This document shows positions 9,785 through 19,013 of a DNA stretch of 47,689 nt, in pieces (positions within the stretch are counted from its first letter, which is position 1; each line of letters begins with the position of its first letter). The DNA lies in NCBI GenBank assembly GCA_964556975.1, contig CAZKYQ010000004.1, forward strand, positions 1-47,689, written 5' to 3'. Source of the DNA: an uncultured Ignavibacteria bacterium. GTDB lineage: Bacteria > Zixibacteria > MSB-5A5 > UBA10806. The position numbers and the translations under genes were made by a program. The notes beneath the pieces were generated by a model. It ran no database searches and was not told the DNA's origin. It saw only the letters and a program-made list of their open reading frames with translations.

Positions 9785-10444
9785 ATGATAACAATAGATG
9801 ACGTTAAAAAAAATGAACAGGTTACAGCCCTTATTAAAAAGGCGGATGAAGTACTTGGAGAAATTGGTTATACCGAGCATGGGAAGCGGCATTGTTCGCT
9901 TGCTGCAAAGATTGCCTATAATATTATGATTCGTCTTAAGAAAGGCGAACGAAAAGCCCAACAGGCGGCAATGGCCGGATATATGCATGATATCGGCAAT
10001 CTTATTAACAGAGATTTTCACGCCCAAACTTCTTCGGTGATGGCGTTTTCCCTGCTAAAAGAGATGGGCATGGATATGGAAGACATTACTGAAATAATTG
10101 CCGCGATCGGAAATCATGATGAGCGTGATGGTTTTCCCGTATCGGATGTTTCCGCGGCGGTGATATTGGCGGACAAATCTGACGTTCACCGGTCTCGCGT
10201 GCGCAATACAGACATGATCAAAGTTGATATTCACGACAGAGTAAATTACGCGGCGGAGTCGTCCTTTTTGCGTATTGAGGAAGGCGAGAAAGTTGCCAAG
10301 CTGGAAATTAAGATCGATACGTCGATTTCGCAGGTCATGGAATATTTTGAGATTTTCCTTTCACGGATGCTGGTATGCAAACGCGCCGCGGAATATCTTG
10401 GCCTCAAGTTCGAGCTTGTTATTAACGATAACAAACTCCTATAA
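9785..10444 (+). CDS. HD-domain metal-dependent phosphohydrolase
   Basis: 219 aa. H...HD...D signature (GKRH, YMHDIGN, GNHDE, LADKSD). Confidence 0.7.
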   Translation: MITIDDVKKNEQVTALIKKADEVLGEIGYTEHGKRHCSLAAKIAYNIMIRLKKGERKAQQAAMAGYMHDIGNLINRDFHAQTSSVMAFSLLKEMGMDMEDITEIIAAIGNHDERDGFPVSDVSAAVILADKSDVHRSRVRNTDMIKVDIHDRVNYAAESSFLRIEEGEKVAKLEIKIDTSISQVMEYFEIFLSRMLVCKRAAEYLGLKFELVINDNKLL

Positions 10445-10452
10445 TTTAGTTT

Positions 10453-11493
10453 ATGGGCAAGGCGAGTAAATACAACGAATCCGGAGTTGATCTTGAAGCC
10501 TCCGACCGCGCGAAATCCCGTTTGGGGAAATTAGTGCGATCGACGTTTACAGAAAAAATCGGCGGCGATTTTGGCGATTTTGGGTCCTCTTATTCTTTAA
10601 AAGGCCTTGCGGGAAAAGATAAATATCTGGTTTCATCGGTTGATGGGGTCGGGACAAAATTGAAAATAGCGTTTATGTCAGGCCGTCACAATACTATCGG
10701 ACATGATCTTGTTAATCATCTGGTAAACGATATACTTTGCCTTGGGGCGAAACCGATCTCATTTATGGATTATATCGGGTTGGGGAAGATGGAAGAAGAC
10801 GTGGTCGTTGAAATAGTTAAAGGCGTTGTCGAGGGGTGTAAAGAAAATGGCTGCGCGCTATTGGGAGGCGAAACCGCTGAAATGCCCGGCTTCTATTCAG
10901 ACGGGGAATATGATATTGCCGGATTCATAACTGGAATCGCGAACAAGTCAGCCATGCCGGATAAAAAATCTATGAACCCCGGCGACTTGCTTATTGGATT
11001 TTCTTCAAGCGGGCTTCATACTAACGGCTATTCATTAGCAAGACTTGCGTTTTTTGAAAAGGCCGGTATGAAACTCGATGATATTGTTGAGGAAACAGGC
11101 AATAAGCTCGGCGATGATCTTATGGCTGTTCATTTTTCATACCTCAAAACAGTGTTTCCATTAATGAAAAAGAAACTCGTGAAGGCTTCGGCACATATCA
11201 CCGGTGGAGGTTTCGAAGGAAATATCTCAAGGATAATACCATCGAATATTGATGCCGTGGTAAATACGGCCAACTGGTTTCCGCCAGGGATATTTAAGGC
11301 AATTCAAAGATTGGCGAATGTAGAAACCGAGGAAATGTACAGAGTATTTAATATGGGCATCGGGTTCGTTACGGTGATCGCCGTAAAAGATATACCGCAG
11401 GTGCGCAAAATTCTGAATGCTGCCAATTGCGAAGTCGTGCCCATTGGGAAATTGATCGAGGGCACCGGCAAGGTTATTTTACAATATGAATAA
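10453..11493 (+). CDS. purM: Phosphoribosylformylglycinamidine cyclo-ligase (AIR synthetase)
   Basis: 346 aa. DGVGTKLKIA and GGETAEMPG motifs, full-length PurM architecture. Confidence 0.95.
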   Translation: MGKASKYNESGVDLEASDRAKSRLGKLVRSTFTEKIGGDFGDFGSSYSLKGLAGKDKYLVSSVDGVGTKLKIAFMSGRHNTIGHDLVNHLVNDILCLGAKPISFMDYIGLGKMEEDVVVEIVKGVVEGCKENGCALLGGETAEMPGFYSDGEYDIAGFITGIANKSAMPDKKSMNPGDLLIGFSSSGLHTNGYSLARLAFFEKAGMKLDDIVEETGNKLGDDLMAVHFSYLKTVFPLMKKKLVKASAHITGGGFEGNISRIIPSNIDAVVNTANWFPPGIFKAIQRLANVETEEMYRVFNMGIGFVTVIAVKDIPQVRKILNAANCEVVPIGKLIEGTGKVILQYE

Positions 11494-13012
11494 AATTCCC
11501 CGGCCGCTTGCTCTTATAATAATGGATGGTTTCGGGCTGAATCCCGATACAAAAGGCAATGCTGTTTATGCGGCGAAAAAGCCCAATTATGAGCATTATA
11601 TTTCGAAATACCGGCATACAACTCTGGGAGCGTCAGGATTGGACGTCGGTTTGCCTGACGGACAAATGGGCAACTCCGAAGTCGGCCATTTGAATTTCGG
11701 CGCGGGCAGGGTGGTTTATCAGGAGGTAAGCCGAATAGATAAATCTATCAGCGCAGGCGATTTTTTTGAAAACAAAGTTTTGATTGAAATGATTGAAGCC
11801 GTAAAAAGCCGTTCCGGCAAGCTCCACCTGATGGGGTTAGCGTCCGATGGACTTGTGCATTCTTCTCTTGAGCATCTCTACGCTCTGTTGAAACTTTGTT
11901 TTCAAAACGGTTTGAACGATGTTGTAATCCACGCCTTTCTTGATGGCAGGGACACATCGCCAAATGGCGGCGCGGAATATATCAGGCAAATAATTTCCGA
12001 GTGCGAAAAAATCGGCGTTGGAAAACTCGGCACGATTATCGGGCGATATTATGCCATGGACCGGGACAACAGATGGGAGCGAGTGAAGAAAGCTTACGAC
12101 CTTGTGGCAAATGGAGTTGGTCCGGTTTCGACAGATCCCGTTGGAAGCATTAAAGAACATTATAATAATAATATCACCGATGAATTTATGGAGCCGATTT
12201 CTATTGATGGTTTCGACCATAGATTTTCCGCGGATGACGGCGCGATATTTTTCAATTTCAGGGCGGATAGAGCGCGGCAACTGAGCCACGCCGTAGCTGA
12301 TAGCGAATTTGATGGTTTTGACCGGGGCGGCGGAGTTGTCGTGCCGCTCGTTAGTATGACTTTGCACGATCGTAATCTTGATTCGAAGGTCGCTTTTCCT
12401 CAGCAGACTCTTATCAATATTCTCGGTGAGACTATAAGCCGGCAAGGTTTGAAGCAGCTTCGTACCGCCGAGACTGAAAAATATCCTCATGTAACGTTCT
12501 TTTTCAACGGCGGAGTTGAAAAAAAGAATGAGGGCGAAGACTGGGTATTGATCCATTCTCCAAAAGTTGCAACTTATGATCTTAAACCGGAAATGTCAGC
12601 ATTGGAACTTACTGATTCCACTGTCAGCGAAATTGAGAAAGGCGTATATGATTTAGTAATAATAAATTACGCTAATTGCGATATGGTTGGCCATACCGGT
12701 AATTTTAAGGCTGCCCAAAAAGCGGTTGAGACCGTAGATGAATGTGTCGGCAGAATTGTCGAGGCTATCCGGCGGGCCGGCGGGGTTTCTCTTATTACAG
12801 CCGATCATGGCAACGCTGAAAAGATGATTAGAGAGGACGGGAGTATCTTTACAGCACATACAACCTTTCCGGTGCCATTTATTATTGTGGATGATAATTT
12901 CGAGGGAAATCTTCGCGAAGGCGGAATCCTCGCCGATGTTGCCCCGACAATTTTAGAACATCTGAAATTACAGCAGCCAAAGGCGATGACAGGAAAAAGC
13001 CTGTTAATATAG
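11486..13012 (+). CDS. gpmI: 2,3-bisphosphoglycerate-independent phosphoglycerate mutase
   Basis: 508 aa. MDGFG...NA, GNSEVGHLNFGAGR and ADHGNAE motifs. 8-nt overlap with purM. Confidence 0.95.
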   Translation: MNKIPRPLALIIMDGFGLNPDTKGNAVYAAKKPNYEHYISKYRHTTLGASGLDVGLPDGQMGNSEVGHLNFGAGRVVYQEVSRIDKSISAGDFFENKVLIEMIEAVKSRSGKLHLMGLASDGLVHSSLEHLYALLKLCFQNGLNDVVIHAFLDGRDTSPNGGAEYIRQIISECEKIGVGKLGTIIGRYYAMDRDNRWERVKKAYDLVANGVGPVSTDPVGSIKEHYNNNITDEFMEPISIDGFDHRFSADDGAIFFNFRADRARQLSHAVADSEFDGFDRGGGVVVPLVSMTLHDRNLDSKVAFPQQTLINILGETISRQGLKQLRTAETEKYPHVTFFFNGGVEKKNEGEDWVLIHSPKVATYDLKPEMSALELTDSTVSEIEKGVYDLVIINYANCDMVGHTGNFKAAQKAVETVDECVGRIVEAIRRAGGVSLITADHGNAEKMIREDGSIFTAHTTFPVPFIIVDDNFEGNLREGGILADVAPTILEHLKLQQPKAMTGKSLLI

Positions 13013-13061
13013 AAATCTTGATGGATTATCACAAAAATAATTTACTTACAAAGCGCGTATT

Positions 13062-14576
13062 ATGAAAGAGTATCGATTATATTTTGTAATATTGTCCGCG
13101 GTAATTTCCGTATTTTGTTTTCCTCCATTTAAATTCGGGCCATTAATATTTATAGTTCTCGTGCCGTTATTTTACGCCATAGAGGATTTATCTCCCATAA
13201 AGGCATTGAAGTATGGCTTTATTTGGGCGGTAATTTTTAATCTTGGATATATCTATTATATTGCCTGGGTAACTGTCGCCGGAATGATTGCGGGCGTACT
13301 CTTCATGTCGATAATGCCTGCCACAACGTATTGGTTTTATGTGATTATATTGCGCCGAAGCCCGGGCATGGCCCTGGTTTTCTTGCCGTCTTATATTTTA
13401 TCCTGGAACTGGCTGTTTACAATGTCGGACTTGAATTATCCCTGGATGGATATCGGTTACGCTCTCGGGTATTATCTGCCCTTTATACAGGCCGCCGAAA
13501 TTGGAGGAGTCTATTTGATATCGGCAATAATTCTGATAGTCAACACAGCATTGTACGCGTCTATATCCGAAAAATTTGATTTAAAGGATAAAAGCCGAAT
13601 GTTGTTGAGATACGGATCGGCCCTTACAATCATTCTGCTTTATTCCTACGGAGTGTGGCGCTTGCCTAACGCGGATTCGATTCAGAATAACGATACATTA
13701 ACAGTTGGGCTGTTGCAGGGAAATATGACTTTAGATATTAAATGGAAACCGCGGTATCTTCAGAAAAATTTCGATACGTATTTCGATCTTTCGCGCCAGG
13801 CGGCGGAGGCTGGAGCTCAGTTGATTATCTGGCCGGAAACTGCCACGCCCACATATTTGGTCCAGGATAGAATTCATTTTAGAAATTTTAAGAGATTTGT
13901 TGACTCATTAGAAATTCCAATTTTAACCGGGACCCCCTTTTATGAGACGGTCGGGCCAAAGGAATATATATATTTCAATTCAGCCATTATGGCCGAACCC
14001 GGCATAGATGGTTATGAGATTTACAAAAAGATCCATCTTGTTCCGGTGAGCGAGAAAATTCCATTTTCGGGCAGATTTAAAATATTGAAGGAAATAAGGC
14101 TTGGCCAAGCCGATTGGTCTTCCGGAACGGAACAAAAACTGTTTGAAATAAGTAAGATTAAATTCGGGACGGCGATTTGTATTGAATCGGTTTATCCCGG
14201 GTTTTGTCGGGAGTTTGCCCGCAAAGGAGCGCGGTTCTTGGTTGTAATTACAAACGATATGTGGTTCGGAAGAACATCGCTCATGGAACAACACGCCATG
14301 ATGTCGGTGTTTAGAGCCATAGAAAATAGAATCCCTGTAGTACGGGCCGCAAATACGGGGGTTTCAATGGCTGTTGATAAGTGGGGGAGGATTTTGGTCA
14401 AATCTGATATTTTTACGGAGGAATATCTTATTGCGAAGATCAATCCCGAAAAATCGGATAGCATATATGGCCGCGCGGGCGATATAATTCCCAAAACAGT
14501 CCTGATACTATCAGCGATTTCTTTAATAATTGCCTTTATCGGGCGGAAACGATATATTAATCCTCATGAATTTTAG
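13062..14576 (+). CDS. lnt: Apolipoprotein N-acyltransferase
   Basis: 504 aa. N-terminal multi-TM region followed by a nitrilase-fold domain with WPE, a K in KIHLVP and the C in AICIES. Confidence 0.9.
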   Translation: MKEYRLYFVILSAVISVFCFPPFKFGPLIFIVLVPLFYAIEDLSPIKALKYGFIWAVIFNLGYIYYIAWVTVAGMIAGVLFMSIMPATTYWFYVIILRRSPGMALVFLPSYILSWNWLFTMSDLNYPWMDIGYALGYYLPFIQAAEIGGVYLISAIILIVNTALYASISEKFDLKDKSRMLLRYGSALTIILLYSYGVWRLPNADSIQNNDTLTVGLLQGNMTLDIKWKPRYLQKNFDTYFDLSRQAAEAGAQLIIWPETATPTYLVQDRIHFRNFKRFVDSLEIPILTGTPFYETVGPKEYIYFNSAIMAEPGIDGYEIYKKIHLVPVSEKIPFSGRFKILKEIRLGQADWSSGTEQKLFEISKIKFGTAICIESVYPGFCREFARKGARFLVVITNDMWFGRTSLMEQHAMMSVFRAIENRIPVVRAANTGVSMAVDKWGRILVKSDIFTEEYLIAKINPEKSDSIYGRAGDIIPKTVLILSAISLIIAFIGRKRYINPHEF

Positions 14577-16767
14577 ACGTTTAATTATCGCTTCAGCTAC
14601 AGTGCTATTAAGCGCATCCTCTATATATGGATCACAATGGCTAAGTTTTACAAATTCAAATGATATTCGACAAATTATCGCCCAAAATGGCATTATTTGG
14701 GGGGGCACATCGGGAGGAATAATAGGATACTCGCCTATCGATAATGAAACGTCAAAAATAACAAATACTGATGGTTTAGGCGGCATAGATTATATTTGCG
14801 TTGAAGCGGACACATCCGGTAGCTTATGGTTTGGCTCCGGCGATGGCTGGTTAAGCAAGATATTTGGCACAGGTGAAATAATTAACTACCCAATTGTTGA
14901 AAACGACGGTTTTTTTGAGCGAAGAATCACGGTTTTTGATCTTGCTATTGACGGCGACGTTCTGTGGATCGCAAGTGATTTGGGCGTTAGCAAATTTTTA
15001 ATGTATTCCAATGGCGGCGAAATAAAAGATACCGCAAAGAGACTGGATAGCCTGGAATTTTCTGAAGATGTATTAAGTATCGCCGTAATTGAAGATAATA
15101 TCTGGGCGGGTACTGCCGGAGGGTTGGCCTTTACTCCCAAAAACAATCCTAATATCCAGGACCCCGAATCATGGAGGTCTTTCGACGAAAGCGATTTCCC
15201 GTTTGGCAGGGCGGATATTAACAGTATCGCCGCCTATTATGATACGGTCGTCGTAGGAGTTGACAGCGGCTTATTTAAGCTGGAGATTTTCCCGGATACC
15301 AATTGGGTGGAGATGGGCAGCTTTTCAAATCGCCGCGTCAGAAAAATCATTTTTCATAATAACGCGCTTTATGTATCGACTCATGCGGGAATTAGCGTAT
15401 ATAACGGGACAACATGGTCGAGCATACCCAATACCGGACTTCCTTCGTCAAGAGCAGGAGACATAACGTTTGATTCTGAAGATAGTTTATGGGCCGCGAC
15501 TTTTGGATCGGGGCTTGCGGGATTTGAAGATACTTCGTGGGTATTGCATTCAATACCCGGTCCGGCCTCGAATATTATAAAAAATATGGCGATTGATTTA
15601 TCGGGGGCATTATGGATGACTCACGACGCGAAGGGCCTCAGTAAATTTATGGGCGGTGAATGGACGATATACAACAGCGCTAATTCCGACTTGGAAGACA
15701 ATAGCGCTCATAGTATTACGGTAGGGGGCAATGGGGATGTTTGGGTTGGATCGTGGGGAAACGGGATGTATCGCCACGATGGACAATCCTGGGACCATTG
15801 GAGCACAGACAACAGCCCGATGTTTGGCGTTCAGAATGCCAACACTTATTGGGCCGCTGCGGATGTCGAAGTTGATATATATGGAGACGTGTGGGTATCG
15901 TCTCTCGACGCTGATTCAGGCTTGGTGATGGGAGTTTTCGCTCCCGTTGATTCATTATGGCACTTGTATTTTGAGGGCCCCAATACGATTTCTGAGAATA
16001 CTGTCGGAGCATTGCTGTCTCAGGGAAATTCATTGTGGGTCGGAACCACCCAGGGCCTTCATAAGCTTAATTTTGCCGGGACCCCATTTGACCAGGATGA
16101 TGACTCCTGGCAAAATTATCTGAGCCGCGAGTTTGTCTCCGATTTGGCGTTGGATCCGTTTGGTAATTTATGGTTTGCGTCGCCCACCGGTTTATATTAC
16201 GTGAATGAATCGTCAAGCATTGTAAGACAAGTGGAGCTTCATCCTGATATATCAGGCAGCGTCAAAGCGGTAGCTTCCGACGGCGTTGGAAATATCTGGG
16301 TGGGGACGGTTGCCGGAGCGGGCGTTCTTCGTCCCGACAAAACAACTTGGCGCGCCATTTATACTACGGACAACAGTCCTCTTTTGAATAATGAGGTTTC
16401 GGATATAGAGATTGATATCGAAACGGGCACGGTATACTTAGGCACGTTTGGCGGGCTCTCGATTTTTGATTCCGGCGTTGAGCCGCCATCGGAAGATTTA
16501 TCGGATATCGAAGCATATCCAAATCCGGTTTTAATATCGCGGGTATCGCCGGGCGATAATCAAATTTCGTTTAAGAGGGTGCCGGCGGACGCGAATGTTT
16601 CAATCTATACTGTTTCCGGCGACCTGGTTGCGTCGTTTGCTTTAAACGACTATCCTGAATGGAATTTAAAAAATTCAAAAGGCGAGCCGGTAGCCGCCGG
16701 GATTTATTTCTTCATTGTCGATTATCAGGGTAAATCCGGCACGGGAAAATTTGCGGTTATTAAGTAA
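14566..16767 (+). CDS. Secreted double beta-propeller protein (14 Reg_prop-like repeats) with T9SS-type C-terminal sorting domain
   Basis: The track ORF starts at 14530. I prefer ATG 14566, which gives MNFRRLIIASATVLLSASSIYG (signal peptide). There are fourteen W/Y-x-G-[TS]-x-x-G-[LI] repeats (IIWGGTSGGIIGY ... TVYLGTFGGLSIF). The C-terminus AYPNPV...VSIYTVSGDLV...AAGIYFFIV...GKFAVIK resembles a Por_Secre_tail/FlgD-Ig-like CTD. It overlaps lnt by 11 nt. Confidence 0.75.
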   Translation: MNFRRLIIASATVLLSASSIYGSQWLSFTNSNDIRQIIAQNGIIWGGTSGGIIGYSPIDNETSKITNTDGLGGIDYICVEADTSGSLWFGSGDGWLSKIFGTGEIINYPIVENDGFFERRITVFDLAIDGDVLWIASDLGVSKFLMYSNGGEIKDTAKRLDSLEFSEDVLSIAVIEDNIWAGTAGGLAFTPKNNPNIQDPESWRSFDESDFPFGRADINSIAAYYDTVVVGVDSGLFKLEIFPDTNWVEMGSFSNRRVRKIIFHNNALYVSTHAGISVYNGTTWSSIPNTGLPSSRAGDITFDSEDSLWAATFGSGLAGFEDTSWVLHSIPGPASNIIKNMAIDLSGALWMTHDAKGLSKFMGGEWTIYNSANSDLEDNSAHSITVGGNGDVWVGSWGNGMYRHDGQSWDHWSTDNSPMFGVQNANTYWAAADVEVDIYGDVWVSSLDADSGLVMGVFAPVDSLWHLYFEGPNTISENTVGALLSQGNSLWVGTTQGLHKLNFAGTPFDQDDDSWQNYLSREFVSDLALDPFGNLWFASPTGLYYVNESSSIVRQVELHPDISGSVKAVASDGVGNIWVGTVAGAGVLRPDKTTWRAIYTTDNSPLLNNEVSDIEIDIETGTVYLGTFGGLSIFDSGVEPPSEDLSDIEAYPNPVLISRVSPGDNQISFKRVPADANVSIYTVSGDLVASFALNDYPEWNLKNSKGEPVAAGIYFFIVDYQGKSGTGKFAVIK

Positions 16768-17704
16768 AATAGCACTTTCCAACGCCGTTCCCGAAGAGAC
16801 ACTTCTTTCAAATGTCTGGGGCGGCGTTTTTTATCACCCGGATTTTGTTACAGGAGGCGCGGCGTCTCTCGGTCTTGAAGGAACATCGAAAGTAATTGTC
16901 AATAATGAGGCTCGGCAGTTGGGCGTTTCCAACGTCATATTTCAGAAAAGACCAGGCATACGCGCGGCGACCATACCGCTTTTATTCCAATATTTCGGCC
17001 ATGTTTTTTTTCATAAGGAATACGAGGAAAATTACTTCGCTGATGTGATGGAGCTTCTTAAAGAAGATTGCGATTACGCTTACTTATGCTTCACCCCGGA
17101 GTTTAACTCAATTAGTCGAATTTCAAGGAGTTGGGGCCTCCTAAAGAGCGTGACGCTTGCTTTGACATCCGATGATTTGGACAAATGGGGGAAGGGGTTT
17201 CGGGACGATGTGAAAAATAAAATCAATAAAGCAAAACGGGAAAAAGTTAGAATTCAAAAGATAGAATCCATACCGATGAAATTGTGGGAGACCTCTTATC
17301 ATCGCAAGGGCCTCAAGCCGCCGATAGAGTCAGATTCTCTTGAGAATTGGTGCAAAATATTAGTAGAAAAATCGCTTCTTACTATTTACGCGGCAACTGT
17401 TGGCGATATATTAGCCGCGTTTAGAGGACAGCTAATCTACGGCGGATTTGCCTATGACTGGATAGCGGGGTCCGATCCTGATTATCATAGCCTTGGGACC
17501 AACCAGCTGCTTATGGCCGAAATTGGAAATGATTTAAAAAATAAAAATATAAAAATCTGGGACCTTGTTGACGCCAGAATAAAAAGTATCGCCGATTTCA
17601 AAAAATCATTTGGAGCTTCGGAATATTATCATTGGCATGCCTATAAAGGTTTTAATATCAAAGGAAAGCTATTCGGTGCGCTGCGAAATATAAAAAATGC
17701 GTGA
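16715..17704 (+). CDS. FemAB-like / Acetyltransf_6 (GNAT-fold) acyl- or aminoacyl-transferase
   Basis: 329 aa. The C-terminal half (AAFRGQLIYGGFAYDWIAGSDPDYHSLGTNQLLMAEI...IADFKKSFGASE) resembles the FemAB/BioF2-like family. There is no in-frame ATG near the 5' end. The only candidate starts are TTG 16715 (53-nt overlap with the upstream gene) and TTG 16751 (17-nt overlap). Confidence 0.6.
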   Translation: MSIIRVNPARENLRLLSKIALSNAVPEETLLSNVWGGVFYHPDFVTGGAASLGLEGTSKVIVNNEARQLGVSNVIFQKRPGIRAATIPLLFQYFGHVFFHKEYEENYFADVMELLKEDCDYAYLCFTPEFNSISRISRSWGLLKSVTLALTSDDLDKWGKGFRDDVKNKINKAKREKVRIQKIESIPMKLWETSYHRKGLKPPIESDSLENWCKILVEKSLLTIYAATVGDILAAFRGQLIYGGFAYDWIAGSDPDYHSLGTNQLLMAEIGNDLKNKNIKIWDLVDARIKSIADFKKSFGASEYYHWHAYKGFNIKGKLFGALRNIKNA

Positions 17705-19013
17705 AGAAAATACAGTTATTGAATATAGCTACACTAACGGTAAATTCAGCGAGGCTTCCGTAAAGCACGCTTTTAATTACCTTTCTGCCTTTTCGGGTAT
17801 GCGTTTTATTGAAAACTCAGACAAGCCTGTAATCTGGCGGGGCCGTGTCTCGGAGGCCCCTGAGTCCGCTCGCGTTATTATTAATGCCGAAAGCAGGAAA
17901 TCGAATAATTCCAGCGATTTCAATACCGCTCGATCTAACGGCCCTGTCATTTTGGAATCTGATCCCATAGGGCAAATTGTTAAAAAAATATCCGTAAAAT
18001 TTCAAATGGGGCCGTTTGCGGCCACAAGTATAAAACCGGATAATTCCATAGAAGAGTCATTATGCGGTATTGTCAGGAGTTTCTATAAGGTCCTATTAAA
18101 AGCAAATGTTATCTCTGATAATGCTAAAGTGACTTTATGGCCAAACAACAGTAAATTCTGTGTTATTGTTACGCATGATGTTGATATGATCTATCGGTCA
18201 ATTCGCGGAAGTTTAAAATTATTGCTCATAAAAGATGTTCCCGGCGGTCTCAGGGGCTTATATGATTCGATACGATCATCTCTGGGGTTTATAAATAATC
18301 CTTATGACAAAATACAGGATTGGATTGATCTTGAAAATGAATACGGCATTAAATCAACATATTTTATTTTCGCGGGAGAGCGAACAAACAAATTCGATCC
18401 AAAATACAAGGCTAATAATCTGAAGCGATCGCTAAAGCTGATAGCGCAAAGCGGGCATGAGCTGGCCCTGCATACGGGAATTGACTGTAATAAGGGAAAA
18501 TATATAAAAGAATCAAAGGCCGAATTAGCTCATGCCTGTCAGACGGAAATTTACGGCATGAGGCCTCATTATTTGTCGGCGTTTGCCCCGCTATACTGGC
18601 ATTCAGCGGCTGAAAACCGTATGCAATACACGTCATGTCTTGGCTTTGACGAGGATATGGGATTTTATAACGGCATAAATCTTCCGTTTATGCCATTTGA
18701 CATTGAAAAAAATTCACCCATTGATATTGTGGAGATACCGATAGCTGTAATGGATTGCGGATTAATGGGCGGGGGAAAAAAGAATTGCGAAAAATCCATT
18801 CAAAAAGGAATTAATTTTATTAAGAAAATTAAGGATACCGGCGGGGTTTTGGTATTAGATTGGCATCAAAGGACCATGTATAGTCATGATTATCCCGGAT
18901 GGCTAGATGTTTTCAAAGGCTTAGTTGATTATGCTAAAAAAAATGGAGCCTGTTTTTGCACAATGGAGCAAGCGGCAAAAAATTTAAAAGATAAAATGGC
19001 GAACACAAGTTGA
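17697..19013 (+). CDS. Polysaccharide deacetylase-like (CE4-type) protein with an N-terminal extra domain
   Basis: 438 aa. VIVTHDVD and GHELALHTG...MRPHYL blocks resemble the metal-binding D-D and H-x-H motifs of CE4 deacetylases. Its ATG overlaps the upstream stop (ATGCGTGA). Confidence 0.55.
   Translation: MREENTVIEYSYTNGKFSEASVKHAFNYLSAFSGMRFIENSDKPVIWRGRVSEAPESARVIINAESRKSNNSSDFNTARSNGPVILESDPIGQIVKKISVKFQMGPFAATSIKPDNSIEESLCGIVRSFYKVLLKANVISDNAKVTLWPNNSKFCVIVTHDVDMIYRSIRGSLKLLLIKDVPGGLRGLYDSIRSSLGFINNPYDKIQDWIDLENEYGIKSTYFIFAGERTNKFDPKYKANNLKRSLKLIAQSGHELALHTGIDCNKGKYIKESKAELAHACQTEIYGMRPHYLSAFAPLYWHSAAENRMQYTSCLGFDEDMGFYNGINLPFMPFDIEKNSPIDIVEIPIAVMDCGLMGGGKKNCEKSIQKGINFIKKIKDTGGVLVLDWHQRTMYSHDYPGWLDVFKGLVDYAKKNGACFCTMEQAAKNLKDKMANTS

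Noticed and set aside
11837-12556. 239-aa ORF antisense to gpmI
   Set aside because: Shadow ORF within a confidently identified gene, with no family resemblance.
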